Assembly (NCBI GenBank): GCA_042408215.1
Contig: JAYFMW010000006.1
Span: forward strand, 864,001 to 928,000
Source: Microcoleus sp.
GTDB lineage: Bacteria; Cyanobacteriota; Cyanobacteriia; Cyanobacteriales; Microcoleaceae
Length of the DNA stretch: 64,000 nucleotides
Reading direction: 5' to 3'
In this document: positions 11,101 through 21,042 of the stretch, piece after piece
Numbering within the stretch: position 1 is the stretch's first letter
How the letters are laid out: every line of letters starts with the position of its first letter
Program-made: the position numbers and the translations under genes
The notes under the pieces: model-generated
The model's database searches: none
The model's input: the letters and a program-made list of their open reading frames with translations, nothing else
Told to the model about the DNA's origin: nothing

Positions 11101-11447
11101 ACGTGCTTTTAGATTCCTATCCTTACAATGGCGGTACTCACAATTTAGAGGCTTTGTGGGCAAATTTACCAGTGGTAACTAGATCGGGCGACCAATATCT
11201 GTCGCGGATGGGTTACGCATTTCTGAAAAGTGCAAATCTTGACGTGGGTGCGGCGTGGAGTTGGGAAGAATACACGCAGTGGGGAGTTAAATTTGGGCGA
11301 GATGCTAATTTCCGAAATGCGGTGAAAGAGCATTTGATAAAATCTAAACAGCCAGAACATCTTGCGCCTTTGTGGAATCCTCAGAAATTGGCAAGGGAAA
11401 TGTATGAAGTGTTTCAAAAACTGTTAGCTAAACAGGTGGGGAATTGA
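8148..11447 (+). CDS. TPR-repeat O-GlcNAc transferase (SPINDLY/GT41-like)
   Basis: Many TPRs, then LRIGFLSKHFRRHSVG and DVLLDSYPYNGGTHNLEALWANLPVVT catalytic motifs. Confidence 0.9.
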   Translation: MNNITIKTVRVAEQMIAESLVDLEAAQTYFQKANGLKDAGWLDRAIENYQKALEFNGEDAEVYKKLAEVYALQGEFKKAIDSCHLALQFQPNFAAAYLTMGNALHSQDQLELAIKAYLEALKIQPEFAEASANLGSMYYKLGQFAEAEKYYQKAIAINPTLCSVRLMLGSVLQDQGKLDAAIACYQKVLELQPRDASTAEKLSNLLKQKEGENPLSKFIELETESGEPQAVTVNKDEGYGLQPSSINLPPAETIENLNTPFTNPAEVSEQVSQLNVPTNEQVANFQEVEHYKSLAENYLVKGKIQEAIAACHLAIKTRPDYIHAYVTLGNALQAGGKIEAAIRSYSQALELRPNFAEVRANIGSMYFKMGRLPEAIAHYEEAIALNPDLAGAHWNLGKVYHKNGNTEAAIACFQRTSSLNPQLVGADFHFNLGNRLFSQGKRDEAIESYEKAIALKPDWAEAYANIGSARSQQGNLDAAITYYQKAVDLKPELEVLHSNLANSFLQQGKYESAITCYQNALKIKPEWADVQANLGNALSMLGRLEEALASYQQALALKPNWAEVYCRMGHIQKQDKPLEAIANFEKAIESNPKFSEAHQQLCDLLSHSTNLAGARNVADKYCENCGDVAPVMSATAYVFSYLQSGVSQQAIQKLEEIEELCYEKVETFSNIELKLLYEIFLFAVSHLRDNLEKNANFYRLIAKEYYKKAVPQRPVNRIKSAYTGQKPLRIGFLSKHFRRHSVGWCSEALIRELTRITPHVHLYVTGKLNKDEVTQRFEQMAGKFYWPKKYPNGFADGGEILEEVVQDDLDVLIDLDSMTVPTNVEVLNHNPAGICVSWLGFDAPYISENHYFLCDEHTHPHGVEKHYLEKLVRLPSCSVAIGELQSINVDRNAIRNALLIGLNQMTYLCVAPGRKTNPEMVRAQVKILKEVPDSLLIRKGQGDPDVIHSTYREECEIQGVDFARIKFVGQTKTEEEHRAIYYVADVLLDSYPYNGGTHNLEALWANLPVVTRSGDQYLSRMGYAFLKSANLDVGAAWSWEEYTQWGVKFGRDANFRNAVKEHLIKSKQPEHLAPLWNPQKLAREMYEVFQKLLAKQVGN

Positions 11448-11568
11448 GAATTAGTCTAGCAATCCCCGCTTTCTTTCTCTCTTCTCTTCCTCTGTGTCCT
11501 CTGCGCCCTCTGTGGTTCAAAAAAAGAGATCTAACGAAGTCCACTCCTAGGGGACTAACAACTAACAA

Positions 11569-14500
11569 CTAATGACTAATCACAACCCGATCGCGCCCGC
11601 CAGACTTAGCTCGATAAAGCGCCTGATCCGCGGCTTCAATCAGGATTTTCGGCGAGTTTTGACATTCCGAAATACTAGCAACTCCCAAGCTGAGAGTCAC
11701 GCAATCGCTGACAACAGACTTGATGTGGGGAATAGCCAAAGCTTTAATGCGACTGCGGATTTGCTCAGCAACTGCTTGTGCAGCCACAATGTCTGTATTT
11801 GGCAAAATTACCCCAAATTCCTCGCCGCCGTACCTAGCAGCTAAATAGAGGCGTTCTGGGGGTACGTTTGTGCAAGTATCCCCGATCGCCCGCGCCACTT
11901 GTTGCAAGCAAGCATCCCCAGCTTGGTGTCCGTAATTGTCGTTGTAAGGCTTAAAACAGTCAATGTCACACATAATCAAAGATAGCGGTTGCGAACTGCT
12001 GCATTGCTCCCACTCCAGCTTCAAAACTTCGTCAAATCGCCGTCTGTTAGCTAGCTGAGTCAGACTGTCAGAATTCGCCAAGCTATCCAACTGCTGGTTC
12101 GCTGCTGCTAACTGCTGGTAAAGTAAAGATTGTTCGATCGCGATCGCCACTTGCGTCCCCAACTGCTTCAACAAATCTACATCAAACTGCTGCCACCTGC
12201 GAGGTTTTGAACAGTGGTGCGCGATCAACAAACCCCACAATTTCGGTACATAACAAGAAGCGTTACCTTCCCTAGTTTCTATCCCCTGCTGGACAATCGG
12301 CACCACCAAATTCGCCTTCACCTGACACTCGATCAAAAAATTAATGTGACACTGATTCAAATTAGAAGCGCGCACATCCTCTACGGCTAGAATTCGGCCC
12401 TTCAAATACTGTCCGATATAAGAATTAGCAAAACAGCAATCATCAAAAACCTTCTCCAAAAGTGGCAGCCATTCCTCCCCAACCGACTCCACCACCACAT
12501 CTCCGTTCCAGTCGGGCCGGAAGCGGAAAATCAACACTCGATCGGTTGCCAAAAACTCCCGCACTTCCGCTACCGTAGTATTCAGGATATCTTTGAGGTC
12601 AAGAGAAGAGCGGATGCGGGCTTGAATCTGTGCAATCAGGCGTTCCCGCTCTACCTGCTGTCGCAGCGCGACTTGAGCTTGCTTGCTTTCTGTAATGTCT
12701 CGACCTTCCGGTAATAGCAATACTATTTTGCCAGTTTCATCCGCGACAGGTTTGAGAGAAAAGTCAACAATTGCCGTCCGATTTGCACCTTTAACTTCCA
12801 CTTCGTAGCGGACAAATTCGCCTTTTGCCGATCGGGCGATCGCCTGTTGTAACTGTTCCCGAATTTCCTGAGAACCCCCCCACCAATGCCCTTCCCAAAA
12901 CGGACGATTGGCCACATCCTGCAGATTAATTCCTGCAAAATCCAGAGAAGTTTGATTAGCTTCTAACAGAGTACCATCCGGTTTCAGCAGGCTGACAAAT
13001 TGGAAGGAAGAATCAAAAATTGCCCGAAAGCGTCTTTGACTATCTCCCAACATTGCCGCCACCTTGGAGCGAGCGGTAATATCACGGAAGCGCCACACCC
13101 TGCCAATAATATTTTGTCCGACTCGAATTGGCTGCGTGTAGCGCTCAAAAGTGCGGCCGTCTTTAAATTCCAGCAGATCGTAGCCTTCTGTCTCGGCATC
13201 GCTGTAAATTTCTTTAACTCGGCGCAGAAAAGCTCTCGGATCTTTGACTTGCTTAGTGAGAAATGTCAGCCTCACCGTTCTATCCATTGAGTTTTTAATT
13301 TCTTCTGAAATGCCCCACATTTGGACTAACTTTTCGTTAAAACTAATCAGTTCTCCGGCTGTAGTAACAGCAAGAATGCCGTCTGCTGTTGCTGACAAGG
13401 TAGCGTGCAAAAGAGAAACCGAGCGGTCTAATTCTGCTTCAATTAACTTGCGTTCCGTGAGGTTTCGCACTGCTTTTACCTGTACTAATCGACCTTCGCC
13501 TACCACGAATTTGCTGCGAACCTCAGCGGGAAAAGCCGTCCCGTCTCGCTTGAGAAAAATAGTTTCGCAGACTGTATTACTGGCGGCAGAAATCATTTCT
13601 GGTGCCTGTTTGTAGGATTTCGGCGACAGCAGTTCCAGCAGGCTCATCCCCGCCATTTCCTCCGGTTCGTAACCGAATAAATCGGCAAATTTTCTGCTGA
13701 CGCTCAAAATTGTGTCGCGGTCGGCGACGGCAACTGCTTCAAAATAAGCTTCGCATTCTAGCAAGCGCGCTGCTACTACGCTGTCACCATTTTCGACTAA
13801 ATTGCTATTTTTAATGAGCTGTTGAATCTGCATATTTGCTGAATCCAAAGCTGTCATTGCCTGTCTGTACATAGCTGTGCGTTTTTCTAATTTTTCTGTG
13901 AGACGATCGCGGACTGTTCGCAGTTCTTTTTCTCCTCGCATCAAATCGGTGATATCTACTGCAAAAACTATGACACCTGTAACTTTACCTGTTCGATCGC
14001 GGCAAGGTATTTTGTCTGTCCGCACCCAGCATTTTTGACCAGATACAGTTGACAGGAGTTCTACTTTTCCGTATTTGGCAATGCCTGAATTGATTACTTC
14101 TAAATCTTCTAAATAATATTGCTCTGCTTCGTCGGGATAGATTTCATAAAAAGATTGACCTTTTAATTTGTCTGCGGGCAAACCTCTAGATGCCGCCGCG
14201 GCTTTGTTAATTCGCAGGAGATGGCTTTCGGTATCTTTATACCAAATCATCGCTGGTATGGAATCAAGAATAATTTGCTGTTCTTGCTGCTGCTGGCGCA
14301 TTTCTGCTTCTATTTGTTCTCTTTTAATTATTTCCTCTTCCATTTTTTTATTGGCTTTTCTCAGTTCAGCCGTGCGTTTTTCTACTTTTTTTTCTAGTTT
14401 TTTGTAGTCTTCACTCAGCAAGTTTTGCTGCTGTTCGCGCCGCATTGATTCTAATTTTATTTTTTCGCTATTTGCCAAACTGGTAGAGCCAAAATCTGCT

Positions 14501-15513
14501 AATATTTCGGTAAACTCCTGTTCTGATTCCGTCCACTGCCTCCCGGAACCAGCACGTTCGGCGCTGACAATTCCTACCATTTTGCCAGCCAGCATAATCG
14601 GTACATTTAATAGGGAAGTAATGCCTCGATCTGCAAAATAAATATCGGCAAGTTCTCGCGTTCTGGGGTCATTTGTTGCCGCCACCGCTGCGATCGCACT
14701 TTCGGACTTCAATGCTTGAAAATAAGCCGGACATTCCGCTGCTGTTACGATTATTGGTACGGAATGGAGTTGAGTATTTTGCTCGTAGAGGTCAAGGCAT
14801 TGAAGCTGGGTGCGGTCTTCGTTGTACAGCCAAATGCTGGCTCGATCGCAGTTTAAAATATTGACAGCAGTTTCTGTTATTTCTCGGATAAATTCTTCGA
14901 TGCTGCATTCTTTACTTTGACTTTTGGCTAATTTTGCGATCGCCAAAGTTTTATTTCGCCAACTTTCGCTCTGGTTTGTCGCCACTGCTACAGTTGTTTC
15001 TGCCGTAATTTCTTCGCAAACTAGCAGTATAATTGGTAGTTGAAAATTCCCACCACATTTACAGCTATTTTCCGGTGGTTCCCCGCCGAGATCCGGCAGA
15101 GTACGCGCTGTTGCTTTTACCCAAATAATTCTGCCATCTTTGCAGGTCAAGTGGCCTTCCCAAGTGGCAACTGTTCGGGCTTCCCCGCTATTTTCTGGCT
15201 GGGCTAATGCTACAAATTCTGCTTGCAACTTTCCTTGATTTTGGCAGTAAAATATGTTAAATATCGAATGAGAAATCAATTCTTGTGAGGTGTAGGCTAG
15301 GCGAGAAGCGCCGAATTGATTGAGGGAAAAAATTCTTCCCAAAGCATCTAAAACAAAGTAAATCCCCGGCAAATTGTCGTAGAGAGTTCGAGCCCAATCC
15401 CCTTTAACTTCTCTGCCGCCCGCAAATCTAGCTGGCACGAATTCGCCGTTGATTTCGGGGCCATAAGAATTGTTTGTTTCTGGGTTGCGGTCGGAGTTGT
15501 TTTTAGTTAACAC
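11569..15513 (-). CDS. Multi-PAS/GAF diguanylate cyclase with cyanobacteriochrome-type GAF
   Basis: PAS repeats, two GAFs (the second has DCCF and CH motifs), DSLTQLANRRRF, DIDCFK, RYGGEEF. Confidence 0.9.
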   Translation of the reverse strand: MLTKNNSDRNPETNNSYGPEINGEFVPARFAGGREVKGDWARTLYDNLPGIYFVLDALGRIFSLNQFGASRLAYTSQELISHSIFNIFYCQNQGKLQAEFVALAQPENSGEARTVATWEGHLTCKDGRIIWVKATARTLPDLGGEPPENSCKCGGNFQLPIILLVCEEITAETTVAVATNQSESWRNKTLAIAKLAKSQSKECSIEEFIREITETAVNILNCDRASIWLYNEDRTQLQCLDLYEQNTQLHSVPIIVTAAECPAYFQALKSESAIAAVAATNDPRTRELADIYFADRGITSLLNVPIMLAGKMVGIVSAERAGSGRQWTESEQEFTEILADFGSTSLANSEKIKLESMRREQQQNLLSEDYKKLEKKVEKRTAELRKANKKMEEEIIKREQIEAEMRQQQQEQQIILDSIPAMIWYKDTESHLLRINKAAAASRGLPADKLKGQSFYEIYPDEAEQYYLEDLEVINSGIAKYGKVELLSTVSGQKCWVRTDKIPCRDRTGKVTGVIVFAVDITDLMRGEKELRTVRDRLTEKLEKRTAMYRQAMTALDSANMQIQQLIKNSNLVENGDSVVAARLLECEAYFEAVAVADRDTILSVSRKFADLFGYEPEEMAGMSLLELLSPKSYKQAPEMISAASNTVCETIFLKRDGTAFPAEVRSKFVVGEGRLVQVKAVRNLTERKLIEAELDRSVSLLHATLSATADGILAVTTAGELISFNEKLVQMWGISEEIKNSMDRTVRLTFLTKQVKDPRAFLRRVKEIYSDAETEGYDLLEFKDGRTFERYTQPIRVGQNIIGRVWRFRDITARSKVAAMLGDSQRRFRAIFDSSFQFVSLLKPDGTLLEANQTSLDFAGINLQDVANRPFWEGHWWGGSQEIREQLQQAIARSAKGEFVRYEVEVKGANRTAIVDFSLKPVADETGKIVLLLPEGRDITESKQAQVALRQQVERERLIAQIQARIRSSLDLKDILNTTVAEVREFLATDRVLIFRFRPDWNGDVVVESVGEEWLPLLEKVFDDCCFANSYIGQYLKGRILAVEDVRASNLNQCHINFLIECQVKANLVVPIVQQGIETREGNASCYVPKLWGLLIAHHCSKPRRWQQFDVDLLKQLGTQVAIAIEQSLLYQQLAAANQQLDSLANSDSLTQLANRRRFDEVLKLEWEQCSSSQPLSLIMCDIDCFKPYNDNYGHQAGDACLQQVARAIGDTCTNVPPERLYLAARYGGEEFGVILPNTDIVAAQAVAEQIRSRIKALAIPHIKSVVSDCVTLSLGVASISECQNSPKILIEAADQALYRAKSGGRDRVVISH

Positions 15514-15849
15514 TTTTAAATTAACTCAATTATATAGCAGATGTTGAAGGAAGAAATAAAAAGTCGATGTGAAAATGCAGTCTGACAGCGCACCTATCGG
15601 GAGTCGCGATCGCGCTTAGGTTTAGCTGCAATTACCCTGTCTGTACTTCCAGTATCCTCCACAATGGAATAAATCGGCAATAAATGGTTTTAAGTATATA
15701 TGATAACACTGAAATATCTAGTTTTGGGACTGACCTACTTGGGATTCGGTTTGGGATATTTACCGGGTTTGCGGATGAACCGGGCGGCGATCGCAATTGT
15801 TGGGTCAGCTTTGGTGAAAGATAGAATTTATGCGTAAGTCCTAATTGAA

Positions 15850-18800
15850 TCATAAATTCACTGCAAAACTAGCTATTTTCCAAGGTTCTATCTTGAAACC
15901 TCCTGTCGGCAACTTTTCGGATAAATTGGCTGGTCGTTCTAACAAATCGACGGGCTGACTAATCGCCAAACCTAAATCGCTATCCAATTCTAGCACGGCC
16001 TCTTTCCCCTCGGATTCGTAACACCGCAAAATCCACAAATTTGGATTGTCCTCCGACTGTTTGAAAGCCATTAAAACTAAATTATCGGCGGACAAATCGA
16101 GCAATTTACCGACAGTTGGTAAAGTCTTGTTGTGATTTTCTTCTAACTTTGGCAACACCTTAACTAGCAGGGGTAAATTCAAGTCATACCCCTGTCGTAC
16201 AGTACCAGCATCTTGCCAATTTCCGCTGTGGGGATAAACTGCATAAGTAAATTCGTGAATGCCGATATCTGCTTGTTCATCAGGCCAAGTCGAACCCCTA
16301 AGCAATGTCAGCCGCAATTGATTTGGTTGAAGGTCGCAACCGTATTTACAATCATTGAGCAAACTCACTCCAAAATCATCATTGCTGATGTCTACCCAGC
16401 GTAAAATCGGCACTTCCCATTTGGCTTTTTCGGTGGCTGTTTGCGGTTTAGTTGTACGCTCGATCGCACCGCCGGGAATTTCGCAAGTAGCAAAATCTGC
16501 CGACTGATTTAATCCAAAGGCTGTTTTTACTAAAACATGAGTTTCTTGCCAATCTACAAGAGTCCTAATTTTCAGCAGTGGCGAACCAATTTCTACTATA
16601 TAATCTTGGCAAAACTCCGATTTACCAATTTGTCGGACTACGCGCAAACTCTGCCGTATTTCTCCCTGTGCTATCCAGGAAATATCTTTCAGTATCGGCG
16701 CTGGTAATTGATGTTTTTCATAATTTGGATCGATGTTCCAAGCATCCCAATATTGACCGCTATCTTGAAATGATTGTAGTTGATTGCCTCCTGCTACATT
16801 CAGAACTTCTCTGTTATTTATTTTATCCCAAATGCTCGACAAATTGCCAGTTTCCCAGTCTATTTTTGCCAGAAAAAACTCATTTTCTAAGACCTTTCTT
16901 TGGGCCTCAAAATGAGTTTCTTGACAAAAGGCCTCATTTCGTGCCATAGTGGTTGTAACTTGCCTTAACTCTGTCTTTTTGTAGTTTATGGGTAACAGGG
17001 ACGAATTTTCGGGGGTTTCAGCAGCTTCGCGACACAGCCAAAACACCCGATAGCCGACAGCGGGGATATTATTTGCCGAAAATAACAGTGTAAATTGTGG
17101 TTCGGGTCGATCGCACACTTGAATTTGCGTAACCAGCCGTTGTCCCAACAAGTCGTAAACCAGCCAATTTTCAGCAGCGGAATCAGGAAGGGGTAGAGAG
17201 ACAACCTGAGAACGCGACCAATTGAGGGTGTTAAAGATTAAAATCGGTTGAGCGTCGGGCTGGGGTGGGGAAGGCAGAGAAATTTGCAGGGCGATCGCAT
17301 CTAAAGATTTTAACATAATTTGGCGACAAGTGCGATCGACCTCGGCAAAAGCTAGATTAGTATCGACGTAAACTTGGGCGATCGCAGAACCGGGCAAAAT
17401 ATCATGAAACTGGTTAAACAAGACTTTTTTCCAGGCTGTTTCTAATTCCGATGAAGGATAAATCGCACCCGCACAAATCCTAGCGAGAGAAGACAACAAC
17501 TCAGCTTGATAAAGCAATTCTTCACAGCGGCGATTCTGGCGCTTTTGATCCGCGCGAGTCGTGTAACAACCCCGGTGAAATTCTAGGTAAAGTTCGTCTT
17601 TCCAAATGGGGAGAGGGGGAAGAATAGTTTTAAAATCAGAAATTTCATTGAAATTCTTGGCTTCAACCGCAGACAAATTTTCGACAACTTCATCAAGTTT
17701 CAAAATCGGCTGATTTTCCCAAGTTACAGCAGCGCCTGCTGACTCAGACTCGGAAATTTCATTGAATTTTGGAGATTCAACCGCAGACAAATTTTCGACA
17801 ACTTCATCCTGTTTCAAAATCGGCTGATTTTCCCAAGTTACAGCAGCGACTGCTGACTCAGAATCAGAAATTTCAGTGAATTTTGGAGATTCAACCGCAG
17901 ACAAATTTTCGACAACTTCATCCTGTTTCAAAATCGGCTGATTTTCCTGATTTACAGCAGCGACTGCTGACTCAGAATCAGAAATTTCAGTGAATTTTGG
18001 AGATTCAACCGCAGACAAATTTTCGACAACTTCATCCTGTTTCAAAATCGGCTGATTTTCCCAAGTTACAGCAGCGACTGCTGACTCAGAATCAGAAATT
18101 TCAGTGAATTTTGGAGATTCAACCGCAGACAAATTTTCGACAACTTCATCCTGTTTCAAAATCGGCTGATTTTCCTGATTTACAGCAGCGACTGCTGACT
18201 CAGAATCAGAAATTTCAGTGAATTTTGGAGATTCAACCGCAGACAAATTTTCGACAACTTCATCCTGTTTCAAAATCGGCTGATTTTCCCAAGTTACAGC
18301 AGCGACTGCTGACTCAGAATCAGAAATTTCAGTGAATTTTGGAGATTCAACCGCAGACAAATTTTCGACAACTTCATCCTGTTTCAAAATCGGCTGATTT
18401 TCCCAAGTTACAGCAGCGACTGCTGACTCAGAATCAGAAATTTCAGTGAATTTTGGAGATTCAACCGCAGACAAATTTTCGACAACTTCATCCTGTTTCA
18501 AAATCGGCTGATTTTTCCAATTTACAGCAGCGCCTGCTGACTCAGAATCAGAAATTTCAGTGAATTTTGGAGATTCAAACGCAGACAAATTTCCGACAAC
18601 TTCATCCTGTTTCAAAATCGGCTGATTTTTCCAATTTACAGCAGCGCCTGCTGACTCAGAATCGGAAATTTCAGTGAATTTTGGAGATTCAACCGCAGAC
18701 AAATTTTCGACAACTTCATCCTGTTTCAAAATCGGCTGATTTTTCCAATTTACAGCAGCGCCTGCTGACTCAGACTCGGAAATTTCCGGCAAAAACTGAC

Positions 18801-20415
18801 TCTCAATCAAAGATAGATAATCAACCGCTTTAGCAAACTGCAAACTTGGGAAAAAAGGCGACATTTCCCAGCGTTTCATCACCTCCAACATATCACGAGT
18901 CGGACCACCACCGTGGTCGCCAACTCCCGGTAACCAAAAAGCAGATTGCAAACCAGTTTTAAATTGCCAATCAAAAGTATAATTTGCCATTTTCACAGAT
19001 TCTATACCTTCGCCGATCGCCGCAGACATCATACTAAATATTTTAGTACCATCTAAACCTTCCCACAAGAAAACACTGTGGGGAAATTCCGTTGTATCAT
19101 TCCAGCGTAACTTTTGCGTCACAAAATAGTCAAGGCCACCGGCACGCAAAATTTGAGGTAATTGCCATCCAAAACCAAAAGTATCCGGTAGCCAAACTAC
19201 CCGCATCAATTCACCAAACTTTTCTTGCGAGTAACGCTGACCATAAAAAACTTGTCGCACCATTGATTCAGCAGAAATCAAGTTTAAATCCGGTTCCACC
19301 CACAACCCGCCGACAACTTCCCAAAGTCCAGCAGCAACCTGCTTTTTAATAGCTGCAAATAAGTCAGGCCGATGTTCTTCAATCCAAGCATAAAGTGCAG
19401 GAGTAGAATGACAGAAAATCAAATCAGGAAACTCTGATTGCAATTTCAATACCGACTCAAAAGTCCGCTCAGCAGCTTCCCAAGTTTCCTCGATTGGCCA
19501 CAGCCATGCCAAGTCTAAATGAGCGTGACCTAACAAATAGATTTCACCTATATATATAGATGTAGATAATTTCTCCCCACCATCTCCAATGACAAAAACC
19601 GGATGATTTTCTCTTCCCTCTGCGCTCTCTGCGCTCTCTGTGGTTCCATCCTTTAAATCCCTCGGAACATCCCGCAGACATCCCAGCAAATTTTGCCGTA
19701 AAACAGCAAGAGAAAGATCGAACTTTTGTCGATCGCACAAAACCGACCAATCAATCAACCCAACCTCCCGGGCGATTTCAGATTTCAGCGTTTCCCTCTT
19801 GACAATAAACCCTTGATGTGCTACTATTTCGGTAGAGGAGTATGGAAATTTTAAATTTGCCAAATTGCGAGTCAGAAAATTTTGCAAAATCTCCAATTCG
19901 TCAGCCACAAAACCAGGGTCGAGACAAGCAGAATCAGCAGATTCATACAAACAAATCGATCGCACCAAAGCACCGGAATCATGACCGGGACTAACTAACC
20001 GTAAAATTACTAAAAATTCATCTCCCGGAATTGCGGAATCTGTCAGCAAAACCCGATCGGAACAATCAAACAAATCTCCCTGTCCAACTAACTCACCGTT
20101 GACAAAAATCTGAGCATCTTCGGCCCACCAAGTCAAACCCAGCAGTAAGCGCAAACCAGTCACAGGATAGCCGCACAAAGTGTTAGGAATTAGAAAGTGC
20201 TGTCCCAAATGTAAAACTTGTTTACCAGAGGGCCAAGCAATATGCCCTTTATCGTTAAGTTCGGCAACTTGCCAGTTACAAATATTTACATAATCCACCG
20301 CCGAGTCGCAATCCGAATATCTCCAGCCAGACTGAACCTCAACTCGACTGAGGTGGCGCAACTTTGCGATAGATTCAGAAATATTATTGCTAGCAGGTGG
20401 CACAGAAACGCTCAT
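15850..20415 (-). CDS. GH38 alpha-mannosidase carrying a 10x38-aa repeat insertion
   Basis: GHAHLDLAWLW, WLPDTFG, GVGDHGGGPT, ELYLEFHRGCYTT, NQFHDILPGS, LRLTLLR. Confidence 0.92.
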   Translation of the reverse strand: MSVSVPPASNNISESIAKLRHLSRVEVQSGWRYSDCDSAVDYVNICNWQVAELNDKGHIAWPSGKQVLHLGQHFLIPNTLCGYPVTGLRLLLGLTWWAEDAQIFVNGELVGQGDLFDCSDRVLLTDSAIPGDEFLVILRLVSPGHDSGALVRSICLYESADSACLDPGFVADELEILQNFLTRNLANLKFPYSSTEIVAHQGFIVKRETLKSEIAREVGLIDWSVLCDRQKFDLSLAVLRQNLLGCLRDVPRDLKDGTTESAESAEGRENHPVFVIGDGGEKLSTSIYIGEIYLLGHAHLDLAWLWPIEETWEAAERTFESVLKLQSEFPDLIFCHSTPALYAWIEEHRPDLFAAIKKQVAAGLWEVVGGLWVEPDLNLISAESMVRQVFYGQRYSQEKFGELMRVVWLPDTFGFGWQLPQILRAGGLDYFVTQKLRWNDTTEFPHSVFLWEGLDGTKIFSMMSAAIGEGIESVKMANYTFDWQFKTGLQSAFWLPGVGDHGGGPTRDMLEVMKRWEMSPFFPSLQFAKAVDYLSLIESQFLPEISESESAGAAVNWKNQPILKQDEVVENLSAVESPKFTEISDSESAGAAVNWKNQPILKQDEVVGNLSAFESPKFTEISDSESAGAAVNWKNQPILKQDEVVENLSAVESPKFTEISDSESAVAAVTWENQPILKQDEVVENLSAVESPKFTEISDSESAVAAVTWENQPILKQDEVVENLSAVESPKFTEISDSESAVAAVNQENQPILKQDEVVENLSAVESPKFTEISDSESAVAAVTWENQPILKQDEVVENLSAVESPKFTEISDSESAVAAVNQENQPILKQDEVVENLSAVESPKFTEISDSESAVAAVTWENQPILKQDEVVENLSAVESPKFNEISESESAGAAVTWENQPILKLDEVVENLSAVEAKNFNEISDFKTILPPLPIWKDELYLEFHRGCYTTRADQKRQNRRCEELLYQAELLSSLARICAGAIYPSSELETAWKKVLFNQFHDILPGSAIAQVYVDTNLAFAEVDRTCRQIMLKSLDAIALQISLPSPPQPDAQPILIFNTLNWSRSQVVSLPLPDSAAENWLVYDLLGQRLVTQIQVCDRPEPQFTLLFSANNIPAVGYRVFWLCREAAETPENSSLLPINYKKTELRQVTTTMARNEAFCQETHFEAQRKVLENEFFLAKIDWETGNLSSIWDKINNREVLNVAGGNQLQSFQDSGQYWDAWNIDPNYEKHQLPAPILKDISWIAQGEIRQSLRVVRQIGKSEFCQDYIVEIGSPLLKIRTLVDWQETHVLVKTAFGLNQSADFATCEIPGGAIERTTKPQTATEKAKWEVPILRWVDISNDDFGVSLLNDCKYGCDLQPNQLRLTLLRGSTWPDEQADIGIHEFTYAVYPHSGNWQDAGTVRQGYDLNLPLLVKVLPKLEENHNKTLPTVGKLLDLSADNLVLMAFKQSEDNPNLWILRCYESEGKEAVLELDSDLGLAISQPVDLLERPANLSEKLPTGGFKIEPWKIASFAVNL
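17635..18786 (-). repeat. 114-bp in-frame tandem repeat, 10 copies
   Basis: Period 114 (e.g. aaccgcagac at 17779 and 17893); encodes EISDSESAxAAVxxxNQPILKQDEVVENLSAVESPKFT. Confidence 0.95.
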
Positions 20416-20537
20416 ATTTAGCTAAAATTTATCCTAGGGTTCCCACAGGGTGTAATTTGTCAAAAGCTAGCCCAAGCGATAGACAGTTATCAGTCCAAGC
20501 GGAGCAATCTCGAATCAACATCCAGTCTTGATTTTAC

Positions 20538-20917
20538 CGAAAAACGAACCAAAGCCCCTAGCTTTAGACATGGGGATGTAGGTGATTAGTGGCTTTAGCC
20601 GCCTTGAGTTTGATATAATCAAGAAGTGATTAAGAACAATTGTCTACGTGTTGAAGTATTCTAGTCTCGGTGAGATTCCGGCACAGTAAGTCACTACTGC
20701 CAATGGTAGCAAGCCTATACAACTGACAAGCAATATCAGAATACGGAGCGTACCTATCTGGCTAGTGATGAACTCTGAAAGCAAAAAACCCAAAAAGTAA
20801 GCCCAATTGCAGCACCGCCAGGTAGTTGTTTTGAGGGTCTAGAGGGATACTTGAATGTCCCACTGTCGCCTTTCGGTTGACAGGAATCCCCTAGCTTCTA
20901 GCTATGGGGAGGTTCAA
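20538..20917 (+). mobile_element. Non-autonomous IS200/IS605-family element with IS608-like ends and no ORF
   Basis: TTAC|cgaaaaacgaacc-AAAG-cccctagctttagacatgggg left end; GAAT-cccctagcttctagctatgggg-aggt-TCAA right end; no protein-length ORF inside. Confidence 0.88.
20611..20619 (+). promoter_or_regulatory. Extended -10 promoter (TGnTATAAT) inside the IS200/IS605-type element
   Basis: tgatataat at 20611-20619, pointing toward the right end; no clear -35. Confidence 0.55.
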
Positions 20918-21042
20918 AGCAAAAGTTAATCGGACTTACGCAGTAAACACGAGAAATCAAGGTTTGAGATTGCTTAACCGGGCTCGCAACGATCTAAAAT
21001 CCTAGGGAGTGCGTAAGTCATGGTTGAGTAAGTCCGGCGCAA

